Assembly: GCA_001938485.1 (NCBI GenBank)
Contig: MQRK01243625.1
Coordinates: 1 to 64,000 of the forward strand
Reading direction: 5' to 3'
Source of the DNA: Girardia tigrina
Lineage: Eukaryota
DNA: 64,000 bases
The notes under the pieces are model-generated. The model had not been told where the DNA came from, did not search any database, and saw only the letters and a list, made by a program, of their open reading frames with translations. The translations under genes and the position numbers were made by a program. This document shows positions 9,479 to 22,014 of this stretch, piece after piece (positions within the stretch are counted from its first letter, which is position 1; every line of letters starts with the position of its first letter).

Positions 9479-11058
9479 CCCTAAAGTTCCGAGTATAACC
9501 CGCACCCCGTGAATAACCCGCAGTTCGCTTTTTTTTAAATGGCACTTTTTCCTTTGTATAACCCGCACCCCGTGTATAACCCGCACCCTTTAAANNNNNN
9601 NNNNNNNNNNNNNNNNNNNNNNNNNNNNNNNNNNNNNNNNNNNNNNNNNNNNNNNNNNNNNNNNNNNNNNNNNNNNNNNNNNNNNNNNNNNNNNNNNNNN
9701 NNNNNNNNNNNNNNNNNNNNNNNNNNNNNNNNNNNNNNNNNNNNNNNNNNNNNNNNNNNNNNNNNNNNNNNNNNNNNNNNNNNNNNNNNNNNNNNNNNNN
9801 NNNNNNNNNNNNNNNNNNNNNNNNNNNNNNNNNNNNNNNNNNNNNNNNNNNNNNNNNNNNNNNNNNNNNNNNNNNNNNNNNNNNNNNNNNNNNNNNNNNN
9901 NNNNNNNNNNNNNNNNNNNNNNNNNNNNNNNNNNNNNNNNNNNNNNNNNNNNNNNNNNNNNNNNNNNNNNNNNNNNNNNNNNNNNNNNNNNNNNNNNNNN
10001 NNNNNNNNNNNNNNNNNNNNNNNNNNNNNNNNNNNNNNNNNNNNNNNNNNNNNNNNNNNNNNNNNNNNNNNNNNNNNNNNNNNNNNNNNNNNNNNNNNNN
10101 NNNNNNNNNNNNNNNNNNNNNNNNNNNNNNNNNNNNNNNNNNNNNNNNNNNNNNNNNNNNNNNNNNNNNNNNNNNNNNNNNNNNNNNNNNNNNNNNNNNN
10201 NNNNNNNNNNNNNNNNNNNNNNNNNNNNNNNNNNNNNNNNNNNNNNNNNNNNNNNNNNNNNNNNNNNNNNNNNNNNNNNNNNNNNNNNNNNNNNNNNNNN
10301 NNNNNNNNNNNNNNNNNNNNNNNNNNNNNNNNNNNNNNNNNNNNNNNNNNNNNNNNNNNNNNNNNNNNNNNNNNNNNNNNNNNNNNNNNNNNNNNNNNNN
10401 NNNNNNNNNNNNNNNNNNNNNNNNNNNNNNNNNNNNNNNNNNNNNNNNNNNNNNNNNNNNNNNNNNNNNNNNNNNNNNNNNNNNNNNNNNNNNNNNNNNN
10501 NNNNNNNNNNNNNNNNNNNNNNNNNNNNNNNNNNNNNNNNNNCGGATTGACAAAATTGCTTCAACCGTTGGATATTTCTGTAAATAGAAGTTTCAAATTA
10601 AAAATTAGAGAAGAGTGGGAGAAATGGATGGTAAATGGGTTTCATTCATTTACCAAATCCGGAAAGATCAAAAAAGCCTCGTGTTCAACAGTCTGTGAAT
10701 GGATATTACTGGCATTCAATTCAATTACAAAGGATTGTATTATCAATGGATTTAAAAAGGCAGGTATTCTTAATGATGATGAAGAAAACACTTGCAATAT
10801 TGAAGATGATCTTGAGGCTTCTTCCCAGGAAGATGAACTTGTCCATTTTGATGTTCCCGAGGCATTTCTAAAAATATTGGATGAACATTTNNNNNNNNNN
10901 NNNNNNNNNNNNNNNNNNNNNNNNNNNNNNNNNNTTTTTTTTTAATTTTATTAACTTTTAAATACCTAAAGTTCCGTGTATAACCCGCAGTATATCTTTT
11001 TCAAAAAAATTCACTTTTTCCTTTGTATAACCCGCGGGTTATACACGGAACTTTAGGG
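9479..11058 (+). mobile_element. pogo-family DNA transposon (mostly in assembly gap)
   Basis: 25-bp TIRs CCCTAAAGTTCCG(A/T)GTATAACCCGC with TA TSD and subterminal ATAACCCGCA repeats. The transposase C-terminus reads GLTKLLQPLDISVNRSFK...WEKWM...TKSGKIKKAS. Confidence 0.9.
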
Positions 11059-12101
11059 TAATTGAAACTTTAGTATCTAAATTAAATTTTTAATAATTTT
11101 TTAGTAAAATCTTTCGTAAAACCTTTTCCTTTTGGAGATTATCTGTCTATTTGGCAAGTGTTGTAGTCGTCATTTGGTAAGTCTCAATTAGAGACTTCTT
11201 TTGTGGGAGTCTGTTGACAAGCCGTTTTTATTTTGTGAATAGATCTTCATGTTTGATTGATTTTTGAGTTTGATTAATTGGAGGCACAGTTGATGATTTG
11301 AAGTCATCGAATTTCGAAATGGATGATGATATGCCACCGAATTTAATTAGAAAGTCATCTATTCAGGCTCATTTAATTAGTAATAGATATTCCGTGGAAG
11401 ATATAGGCTTTCTTAGGAAACCATTGATCGTAAAATTATTGCGTTTAAATTAAACAATGTAACTCCACAACAAAAAAATGATTCCGAAAGTAAAAAGGGG
11501 TTTGATTCAGAATTATACAACGTATCTCATCGTCATCACCAATACATTGTCAATTCAGTGTCCATTCAATTATCAAAGGTTAGATCAAATTGCAATAAGA
11601 AGAATAGAAAAAATTCGTGAGTAATAATCTGTTTTATGTTCTTTGATAACCATTTTACTATTTTGTAAATACTTTCTTTAGTTTGGTTTAAAAAAATTCT
11701 TTTCTTACAAATAACAGAAAAATAAAACTAAATATCCACATTTGTGTGTGTGGCCGCTTTTTTATAGGTCAGTGTGATACCATGTTTTTTCTCTTTGTTG
11801 TTTAATGTGTGATTGATCGAATATTAATGGATATTTGTCTTTGTGAAAAAAATTGTTAAGGGTGTTAAATCGAAATTTGTCAATCAATTTTTGGCACAAT
11901 TTAAATGTGAGCAGACATTTTTTTGAAATAGTTTTTTGAATATTTTGTTAACAATAAATATTTTTTTGACAAAAATATCGTAGTTCTAATTACTCGAATT
12001 GTAATTGTCAAAATTTAAATTTGGATTGTTGAATCATTCTCACATTAAACAAAATTTTCGAATCTCTGTTGTCATTGTCAATCGTTTTAATCAATTTTCA
12101 G

Positions 12102-12392
12102 GAATTCATGGAATTGAGTAGAATTTTTCTGCAAGGAAATTGCACTGGATTTAACCGTTACTATAAACACGATAGACCCGACTTGAAATTAGACCACAGA
12201 CCTTGTAACAGTGCCAGTTTGATTACTATCTTTCAATGCAGTCTTATCAATAATAGATCGGAGTTGAGAGTCGCTAAAGCTCGTTGTGATTTCTCCAATG
12301 GAACAATTCAACCAAATCTCAATGACGATAGCAAGGATTATTTGTTCAATATACAAGGAATCAAACTCGATCGTCATTCCTTCAGAATTTGA
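12102..12392 (+). CDS. Possible terminal exon of an unidentified gene
   Basis: TTTTCAG acceptor followed by ~96 open codons (EFMELSRIFLQGNCTGF...). I could not find an in-phase upstream exon or recognise a family. Confidence 0.25.
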   Translation, partial: EFMELSRIFLQGNCTGFNRYYKHDRPDLKLDHRPCNSASLITIFQCSLINNRSELRVAKARCDFSNGTIQPNLNDDSKDYLFNIQGIKLDRHSFRI

Positions 12393-12529
12393 ATCGAAAT
12401 TCGATGAAACGATCGAGATTAGTCAAAAGAAAATCGGCGATACGATCGTGATTATTCCCGAAACGGCCCGAAAGCGAAACGGCGGTGATGATAAATTAAA
12501 AGTAATTAATTATTCCTCACGACCTGTAG

Positions 12530-14100
12530 TCCACCACTGACACCAAATTGTCTCGGCCATGCATCTGCTGCGCAACACATTCAGTTATCAGTCCCAAAGC
12601 ATTAGGAATCCTTTTTCTCAGGAATCCCTTTTCCACCACCCACTGGCAATCCTGCCAACTGAATTGCTTCAAGCCACCGCATCTCATTTTACAACCATCG
12701 CTACGACGAAGGAACCTTACACCGAACTTCAGCGTCAACTACTGGTATCTTTCACCCCGTGCTTCGAGAAAATCTTCACAAAATATTTCACATCCCAATC
12801 TCTATGAAACATCACACCATCGGCTTTCCTAGAAATAATTACCACCGAACTGGAAGCATTTCACCCTGGTATAGCGTGCAAAAATGACTACACTCCTTAA
12901 GAGATTCTTCCTCAAGGCATTTTCACGTCTGGTTCAAACATGATTAGTGGGAACCGAAATCATGGAACTCAAAGAACGACCAATCAACACTTAAACCCCA
13001 TACACAGCATCACTTACATCCCTAGTTACCAAATACTATCGATAACAGACCACAATAACGTCACAACGTCGGGAAACAAAAAAATTGCGTTATTAACGGC
13101 ACAAACATCCAACTTTCAAACCGAACTGTCAGAATTGAGATCGCTCATATCCAAACAACACCCATTATCATCACCAGCCAGTCGATCCGCCTTTTTGTAT
13201 TTTTATCACCATAAATTCGGAGACAAAGCCCGAAAATGTCAATTGGGATGCAATTTGACTGGAAACCTCTCCAACCTATACTTAAATTAAACATGCATCT
13301 TTCACTACAAATATGGCAATAAATTCTGAAATTGTATATCCGTAAATTAAAAGACTTCGGGAAACTGAATCGAAGCAGATGCATCGAGCGTAATTCTTTT
13401 TTATGATCTTTTTAACGTAGATGCGACACTGATCAACATTTTTCCAGCTCAAACTTTGTTCATTGTCGATACTAGCTCTTCTCTCTTCATCCTACTACAG
13501 AGATTCTTCCCTCTTGATGTTTAATCCACTTTGTGCTTCACAGCCGCCAATGGTTCGTCATTTTTGACTTTCAGGAAACAAAAAGTAGTATATCAATCTC
13601 TGTCATCAACAAGTCATTCGAATGGAATTTCACAGTAGCATCGGTTTCTTCGAAAACCACGATCTATTTGTAGACTGCAGACACAAAAAATTGCTGTTAT
13701 GGCATCAAATACACATGGAGGCAACCTCACTAAACCAAGCTGTCACCAACTTACTCTCAACAGTCATTGAGTCGATCGTCAACAAATATCCGAGTCTAAT
13801 AATGGATCCTATAACAACAGAAATTCTACCACCAACCACTGAACACGTCATAGCCACGATCTCGTCCCACCTATCATATCCCGATGTCACGAGCTTTCTC
13901 AACAAAGGCGAAAAGCGGATGAAAAAGATTGTGAAAATCAAATGAAAGTATGAATTGTTCCAGATCCTCTTCACTGTTGTCCTCCCCGATGCAATCGTTA
14001 CAAATAAAGACGGTTCAGTACGTATATGCGACGACTACCGAGGCATCAATCAAATCACCATTTTGGATTATAATCTTATGTCGATTGTCGTGTACAACCA
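12530..14100 (+). mobile_element. Degraded Ty3/gypsy gag-protease-RT remnant
   Basis: gag knuckle-like FYHHKFGDKARKCQLGCN, protease-like IVDTSSS, and RT start KDGSVRICDDYRGINQIT. Many stops. Confidence 0.85.
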
Positions 14101-14599
14101 CATTTTCATTCACATAAATAAGGAGAAACAGTTCCAAATTATCCCACAAAATAAATTTCACAAACTACAAATTTAAAATACCCGCAACGAAAATAACGAA
14201 TTATTTAAATTTCAAAATTGATATTGTTTATATTTTCTTTTCTCTGCTAGAGTTTCTGATTTGTGTAATAATTCCTTTTTTTAAAAATAAGAAAACGCAA
14301 TTTTAGAATACAATTGTTTATTAACGCAATATATTTCGATGGAATATCCGTCATCATTAGACGATTTTGATTGTAGCTGTAAAGCTTATATATGTTAAAA
14401 TGATGATTATGCGATCAATTATGCAATTAATGTTTCACGCAAAAACTTTCAATAAAGTTGATCAGTCATTTGATTGAACATTAATTGCTGGATTAACCGC
14501 TTTAATTATTAATGCCTTTAATTATAATTATTTGGATTTTGATTATTTTAAGAACACTCTTTTTTAAAAATTCATTAGAATATTTAAACAAAAACTTAA

Positions 14600-14760
14600 A
14601 ACATGATTTTAGAATTTAAAAAAACTTATCAATAAAAGATATTAGTGTTTGAAGATTTGATAAGGGGAATGGATTAGTGGTTTTAAATAAAATAGATTAT
14701 TTGAATAAACTTGAGTTAGTTTTAAATGGTCCTCAATTTCAGAAGGTTGATAAATTGTGA
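14600..14760 (+). mobile_element. Penelope-like element fragment (DKG motif region)
   Basis: Translates RFDKGNGLVVLNKIDYLNKLELVLNGPQFQKV, the conserved PLE DKG motif. Confidence 0.8.
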
Positions 14761-15134
14761 AAACACAATGTTTTAATAAATATTTTTCATCGGAAATTTC
14801 TTTAAATTAAACCTATTCACCAAATTTTTAACAATCTACGCCGATCGCATTAATGGAGAGCTTTCTCTTCTGCAAAATGTCAATTATGTGAAATGAAAGC
14901 AGGATCGGACAATTCATGCAAATTGATTTTTATTCGGTTGCAAATGGAAATTATTTTTGTGACGCCTGTGTAAGTGAGTTAGTTGTAAATAAAAATCATA
15001 GAAAATTAGACAAAATTGAGTTTCATAGGTGTGAATTTTGTCAGAATTTTTTGTCGGATTTTGGAAAAGTTTTACGGTTGAAAAAGATGGGCGAATAAAT
15101 AATTTCTGTAAAGTGTGTAACAGCGAGGGATTTA

Positions 15135-16150
15135 AAAATTATAGGCACAACTCGGTTCTCTATTGTATAGGGGAGCAAATTACTCAGTATTTGGACTGCA
15201 AGGTTGACATAAATGCTGAGTGCAGATATGCTACCTCACAGGACCGAGTTGATCTTCAGGTATACATCCCAGGATCGAGGATCCTGTACCTGATAGATGT
15301 GAAATGTCCGTACGACACGAAAAAGAACTTAGATAACAGCAACAATAAGAACCTTGACCATTACAAGGCTCTTGCTGTTGCTTGTAAGGCAGCAATGTCA
15401 AACTCAACGGTGACAGTGCTCACCCTCCAGGTAGGGGTGCCTAGGGACGTGGCCGCAGAGGAGCACTGACATCTTAACAACTCTCAAGATCCCGCCAAAG
15501 GTGATAAGACAAATTGCTATTGACTGCTCTGTATCCAATGTTAAATACTCAGCAGCCCAATGGTCTTATCACCGAGATGGAATAGTTCCAAGCGGGATCC
15601 AGAGAATATTTAAAATAAATATAGACAGAATATGAACATGTCGTTCCTGAGAAGGTAGAAGAATTTGATCCGGCCGCCCTGGATGCATTCGTGCAATCTT
15701 ACAGTTATAGAGTAGGAGTGCAACAGGGGGGTGTATTAGAGATTGAGGATTAACCAGAAGATGATCCATCCGATGATGAGCTAGTCTCCAATCTGTATAG
15801 GACGAGGATTGGAGATTCATCAGAGGATGTAGATAACTCATCATGGGAGGAGGATCTGCCCTTCGATGATGAGTTATTAAGGTCGAATCAGTGAGCATAG
15901 TGTCGGGATCGGCGGAGACGTTCACCCAAGTGATGGGTGCGGGGGTATGCCACGAGTGAAAGAACCCCTGTGGAAACCAGGGCCTATGCAAATGATACCT
16001 TCAAGTTGATGCATGCGGCGAATTTATTTATGTAAAAACCTGGCACTTTTGCTCACTGACAAAATAACAATCGATCCAGCGATTACAACAACCAGTGACA
16101 ATACCGGACACCATATCCGAGGGTCTTGATTTGCCCTATCTCTCAGCCAT
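15135..16150 (+). mobile_element. 3' end of an RLE-type non-LTR retrotransposon (restriction-like endonuclease, acidic tail, 3' UTR)
   Basis: YRHNSV...RVDLQV...LYLIDVKCPYD...K..HY..L...QVG is the RHN/PD-(D/E)xK endonuclease signature. It is followed by a D/E-rich tail and a GC-rich structured UTR. Confidence 0.85.
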
Positions 16151-16449
16151 CAATCCTAATATCAATTGTAAAGTTAACAACTTTAATTCTTGTCGAATTT
16201 TATTATTAAAATTTAAATTATCAATTTGAATTATAATTATTAAAATTTTATTAAACAATATTATTTAATTATGTTGTTTTAATTAGTGTTTTGTTTTAAT
16301 TCATAATAATAAATTTTCTAAAAGTTGTATGTTTTAGTTTAGGCAGTTACAAAACACAGTGGAATAATCATCGGATGGGGTGTGTATCTCCGTCGTATAT
16401 TAATTCATTTAAATTTTCTGCAATTCGAGGAAAATAAATATTCATTTGT

Positions 16450-17060
16450 TTAAATCGATGGATCGATAAAGCAGAACGACAAGCTATCGCGGCAGCACAA
16501 AAACCTTGAAGATACTTCCACAGTACGACGGGCATAAAAACATGCGTGTGACTCGATCGGTTTATGAAATGTGCAAAAATGCTCCACAAAAACAAACGGG
16601 TGATGTTACTGCTGGCGTTATCAGGTAAAGTGGCAATCGTCTTCAGGGAATTGGTTGAATAATACGAGAGGACTTCAATAAAAGCGCAAGGACGCTTCGC
16701 GAAGCTTTCTCGGCGAGTCCGAGACTTTGTGGACAAGTTTTGCTTTCCGACAACTGGAGCCCGGAGAGAGCGTTGATATCTTTTTGACCGACTTAAAGCG
16801 GCTATCGGTCGTAATTTGCTGCAGCAAGGGCGAGGGAAAAGCGTTCGTGGCCCAGGCGTTCATATATGGTCTGCCCGAGGCGACCATGAAAAGTGTCTAG
16901 GTCGAGGTACAAAGAAAGAATCACGATCTTGATCGGTTGGTTAGATTGGCTACCAGTTTTGGATTACCGAGCAGTGAACATATTCGTATCAATCCACACT
17001 GCGGGAAGCCTGATCTGCGCGGAAAAACTGCGTAAATGGAGACGAATGGGCAAATCGTTG
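16450..17060 (+). mobile_element. LTR retrotransposon gag remnant
   Basis: Fragments ...LSGKVAIVFREL...GESVDIFLTDLKRL...AFIYGLPE are typical gag capsid motifs. Frameshifted. Confidence 0.7.
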
Positions 17061-17099
17061 GAACTAATCGTTCATCTGTTAAAAATCTCTCATTGATGT

Positions 17100-17500
17100 G
17101 AATGCGAGCGTCCGTTTTACTGTTGAAGATTTTGAAATCTTGAAGAAAATTATTTCTACACTAAGATCATTTTAGATAGCTGTGGTAGCTATCTGCTGAA
17201 GCAACGCTACGTTTTTGACGTCAGAAGCCACAATAAATTTTCTTCAACAGGACCTGAAAGCACAATCTCATTTTCTTAGCAAAAAGCTTCTCAAATCTCT
17301 TCACAAGCAAATTTTACAACAGTGGTACCATGAAGTATCAATTTTCAATATTTGCACAACCCGCAAGCAACGAAAAGCATTAGCAGAAAAGAAGAGGGTA
17401 AAAGATTAGTTCATAAAACTAATACATCTTAAAAACCGATACGTCTTAAACCATTGCAAAAAGAAAATGGTGAAGTACAAAGTTTGGAAGGAAATACTTA
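17100..17500 (+). mobile_element. hAT-like transposase remnant
   Basis: FTVEDFEILKKIISTLRSF*IAVVAIC*SNATFLTSEATINFL resembles the hAT post-insertion-domain segment carrying the catalytic region. Confidence 0.5.
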
Positions 17501-18086
17501 CATTCCTCGGAGTTTAGAAGAACGAAGTGATTCGTCACAATCAAATAACCATCTTACATTGGAGTACCGACAACAAGAAGTTATTGCGGCTGACTTTTCA
17601 AATTCAGTTACAATACATACAGCAGAGCTTGCATCCTATTCAAGTTTGATTAATTATGTGATAAATATCAGTCATGACAGGCAAAAATATATATAATATC
17701 GAAAAAGTGTTTTTTTCCGTATCCAAAAACGTTAAAGTATGTTTAGTAATAAATCTGCAACACTGTTAGGATTTTGTTATGATCTAATTTACCAAAATAC
17801 ATGGAATTAGTATAATGACAGATATATTGGAGAGATTTCGCGTCATTTCTGTAAGATAATCCAGGAACACAGTTCCAGGGGAACTTTTAATCCCACTAAT
17901 AAAGCGGATGAATGGAGAAGTACTGTCTATCAGTATCCAACTGTAGTTTCTACAGGAGTGACTGGTATCACTCATATTCAAACTCAGCTTCTTTCAACAA
18001 ACGCAGTTATTGTACTGCCGTCTCTGTATGGTGGTAATTCCACTAAGGAGAATGGGACTTGTACGGGCTTTGACTTGGGTTCCCGG

Positions 18087-18680
18087 GTTAATAATAGTAA
18101 TTTTATTCCTCCGATTAACAACTCTCTTATTAATAATTTTCTTAATACAAATAAAAACTTTGAATTTCTTCTAAAGAACGGTAGAGTATTCCTCTAAACA
18201 GTTTAATAGCTTCTGTCGGAAAAATAATCTTTGTTTTGTGTTTTTGTACTTTTTTGTACCGAATCAAATGGCTTTTCAATCGGCTTTATCGAATAATATT
18301 TCGAATTCATCACCGACTTTATCAAATTTTTCCAACTTTGCTAATGTATCATCAAATAATCAATTTTCTGTCCGCCCCCGGTGAGATTGTATGTTTCGAG
18401 AACCACCAGGCGGTAAACTCAATGGAGACTCCAGAGAGTAAAAATAAGCCGAAACGGACTCCTGCTCTGAATGACAAGAACTTAAATCCAACTGACTCTA
18501 TCTTATATCGGTCCAACTCTAATGATTTAAACAACTTTGTTAATAATAATAATTTTATTCCTCCAATTAACAACTCTCTTATTAATAATTCTCTTAATAC
18601 AAATAAGAACTTTGAATTTCTTCAAAACGACGGTAGGAAAATCTTGAGAGAGAATTTCTCTAAACAGTTGTCGGGAGAAT
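18087..18680 (+). repeat. ~95-140 bp direct repeat (18087 and 18539) within an unidentified degraded N/K/F-rich coding-like element (~17760-19700)
   Basis: Both copies translate VNN(S/N)NFIPPINNSLINN(F/S)LNTNKNFEFL. Confidence 0.8.
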
Positions 18681-19959
18681 AAACTCTTTATTTTCCCGAA
18701 TGTCTTTAGAGATTTCTCCCTTTTTCTTAATAAGAAAACTTCGATCTATGATTTCTTTTCTCCTTCAATCTTTGAAGAATTCATTAAGATCAAATTTAAA
18801 GGTATGATCAATAAGTTTAATAAGAAAGTCGTGTTCATTTCCCTGGAAAATTCGAATTTGCTCTCGATAAGTTTTTTAAAAGGACTAAAAAAATCTTCCC
18901 CGCGTAAGTACTTTGAAATGTTTAAGGATTTCATTATTAACAAAGTGGACTTCCTTCCTGAAGGAATCTATTCTGATAGGGTTCTGTCCTGCTTTCTGGA
19001 TTCTCTCAATAAAACAAAAGCTAAGAAAAAAGGAAAAGTGAATAATAAATTTCAGGGTATTAATGAACCTTCTGGTAGAAAATTTTCAGTCAACTTTAAA
19101 AGTTTCAAATCAAAACTGAAGCACTCTCTTTGCTAGCTGGAACACTTTGGTCGATCTACCACTTTTTGATAACTTTTACCAGTTCCTTCAGAGCTCTCCA
19201 GCCTTTGTCTTCAACAGACCCTATGAAAACTCTCTTATTGTGTCATTTTTAGATAGTCTTTCTCCAGTGAATAAGTCATTTAATATCCTTTTATCTTGTT
19301 TTTCAAACTTTATTAAAAGCAAAGTTTATTATAAGCAAGTTTATCAAATTCAAAACTAAGAGAACTTTTGATAGATTTTCTAAATATATTAATTTGAATA
19401 AGATTGATGACAAAAATAAATTCAGTAATGAAACATTTAATGACTTTTATGGTTCTCTTGCTCTTATTCCCCAGGCAAAAAACTCCTGCAGTCCTTTTTA
19501 TTTGAAATTAAAATTCAAAACTAACCAATCTCACAAAATATGTTCTTCTTGCCAATCTGTCACTGACACTGTTAGAGAGATGTGAGAGATGTGACGTGAA
19601 CTGTGTACCTTGTGAAGAGGTTATTAATCTTACGGGTGCTGTTCTCCTGCTCTGCAAAGTTCCAGTGCTGATAATTAAGAGTCTTTCTATCTTTTTCTTC
19701 TTTGCCCCCTTCCCTTTTCACTCAGAAAATGTGTCGTAAAACACTAAACGAAATTGTAACAAATCACTGTGTTTACAAAAAAAATAAAAAAAATAAATAA
19801 AAAATAAAATAATTTGTTTGCAAAAAAAATAAAGGCAAGTCGGATAATTATGTTAAAAAACTTAATTTTTTAAATTTAGATACACATCACCCCAAAAAAA
19901 ACTGGATTTTTATCATTTGTAACATGTGTTTTTTTTTGTTGCTGCTGAACTGTACCAAG

Positions 19960-20815
19960 TGATCTATTTTATCTAAATGCCTCGAAGATAAACTCTCTCT
20001 TATTCGCAAAATGGATGAATTTCCAAAATTTAGTGAACGTCAATTAGCATTTGCCTTAAATGTATAACAACAATTCTTCGATTGCAACAACAACGTCAAG
20101 AAATAGAAGGAACATTTGGTGGACCTCAGAGAAAGCGTCGGCAAGAATCTAAAGACATTGAAGTGGTTTCGGGAGGCCAGATATCGAGACATTTCGATCT
20201 TTGGAACATTACTGTTTACAAAAGCGAAAGACCTGACTGATAGAATTGGAAAAGCCGATTTCAAACCAACTTAATGGATGACTCAGTAGATTTAAAAACC
20301 GCAATGACATCTGCTGTAAAGTTGCCCATGGTGAAAAGAAAGATGCTGATGTTGCAGAAGCCACATCATTGGTCAACAATATTATCCTTCAAATTCCTAA
20401 CTCATTTGCTCCAGAAGATGTTTAAAATGCTGATGAAACAGGCATTTACTACAGGGACACGTCAGATGAAACCCTCCCTTTTCGTTTTTGGCTGGATCAA
20501 AAAGGTAATGGATCGTATCACTGTTCTTTTGTGCGCCAACATGACTGGATCTCATCGTCGCCCTTTACTTGTCATTGGAAAGAGTAAAAACCCGCGTCGC
20601 TTTAAAGGTGGTCAACCAACGTCCCGTGAAAAATAAATATAATCAAAATGCATGGATGACCTCAGGGATATTCAGAGAGTGACTGATAAACTGGGATTCG
20701 CAACTTCACAGAGAGAAACGAAAAGTGCTTCTATTCCTTGATAACTGTTCGGCTCATCTAAATGTTGAGAATTGTTCAAACATTAAGCTGCGCTTTCTCC
20801 CATTAACATCATTAT
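19960..20815 (+). mobile_element. Degraded Tigger/pogo transposase (TIGD4/6-like)
   Basis: [50 protein letters not shown] and LFLDNCSAH across frameshifts. Confidence 0.88.
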
Positions 20816-20819
20816 AATA

Positions 20820-21720
20820 AACTTGGTGAATCCCTCACAAAACATCTTTGAAGTCGACATTATGTCACCAATATCCGACCTCATACACCTTTTAGGGTCC
20901 ATCACCAAACAACCTTTCCCCACATCACATGTTTTCAAACCGCTTGTTTTCTAACCTTTCATGATTCCAATACGGGAGTTTCCCACACCACTGTAACTTT
21001 AAACCCCACAATACCTGGAAGAGGTGACAATGGCGAAGAACCACAGATAGACTCTCAGATCACTTTTGCGATCACTGCCGTCTTGTTTTTTCTTGGATAA
21101 AAATGACTCACCAAAAGCTTGGCTCAACCTTATGGATTTTCGACTGAAATCCCAAAACATTAAGACTCAAAACAGTCTATTCAATCATCTATTAGACATG
21201 CTGTCGATGTCATCCCTTCACTTTCCTGACAGTTCATTACCCCTCATTCTCACAACCGATGCATCAAACACAGGTATAGGTGCCGTACTCATGCAAGTAC
21301 GGGGAGTCCATCTAGTGCCCATCGAATTTTACTATCACAAGCTCTCGCCTGCCCAAACGCGCTACTCCACTTTTGATCGCGAACTTTTGGGACTCTATTT
21401 GTCTACCAGACATTTCGAACACCTCATGATTCCCCGTAACACCACAGTATATACTGACCACAAACCGTTACTCTATGCGATGACCATGAAGTCACCATCA
21501 CCGAGACAATAGCGGCAGATCAGCTATCTCTCCCACTTCAACATGGAAATCAGGCACATCAAAGGAGCTGATATTGTTGTGGCCGATTGTCTATCCAGAA
21601 CAGACATCGGCAGTCTCATCTTCGAACCACTTTTCACGATGGAGATACTAGAATAAAAATGGGTCGACATTATGTCACCAATATCCGACCTCATACACCT
21701 TCCGACACAAAAGGATCTTT
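20820..21720 (+). mobile_element. Internally deleted Ty3/gypsy remnant (gag start fused to RNase H)
   Basis: PBS-like TGGTGAATCCC; RNase H motifs LTTDASNTGIGAVL, YSTFDRELL and VYTDHKPL. A 39-bp segment is duplicated at 20853 and 21663. Confidence 0.85.
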
Positions 21721-22014
21721 CTCAATTCAAGACACATCACATAGACACATTGTTATAGTAAAAATCTCTCCTACTTATTTTCTTGTTTACTAGTGTAATT
21801 AAATTATTAACGTCTTCTTTTTATTGAATTATTAGTTAATTAATTAATTGCAACTTGATTAACTACTAGTTTTGATATTTATATTTATTAGTGTATTTAT
21901 TTCTTAAGAAAGAGTTGATCGATATTTATATACCCATAATTTGTCTAACTTTAACAATAATAAAAAAAATTTTAATATTAAACTAAAATTTTTAATAACT
22001 TAAATTATGAATTT

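Noticed and set aside
9444-10945. Long ORFs of 324-468 aa in the ORF track
   Set aside because: They consist almost entirely of N-gap. The same applies to the ORFs at 39047-39437 and 41463-41933.
11300-11620. Upstream exon for the 12102-12392 candidate exon
   Set aside because: The GTGAGT donor is out of phase with both open frames, and splicing gives immediate stops.
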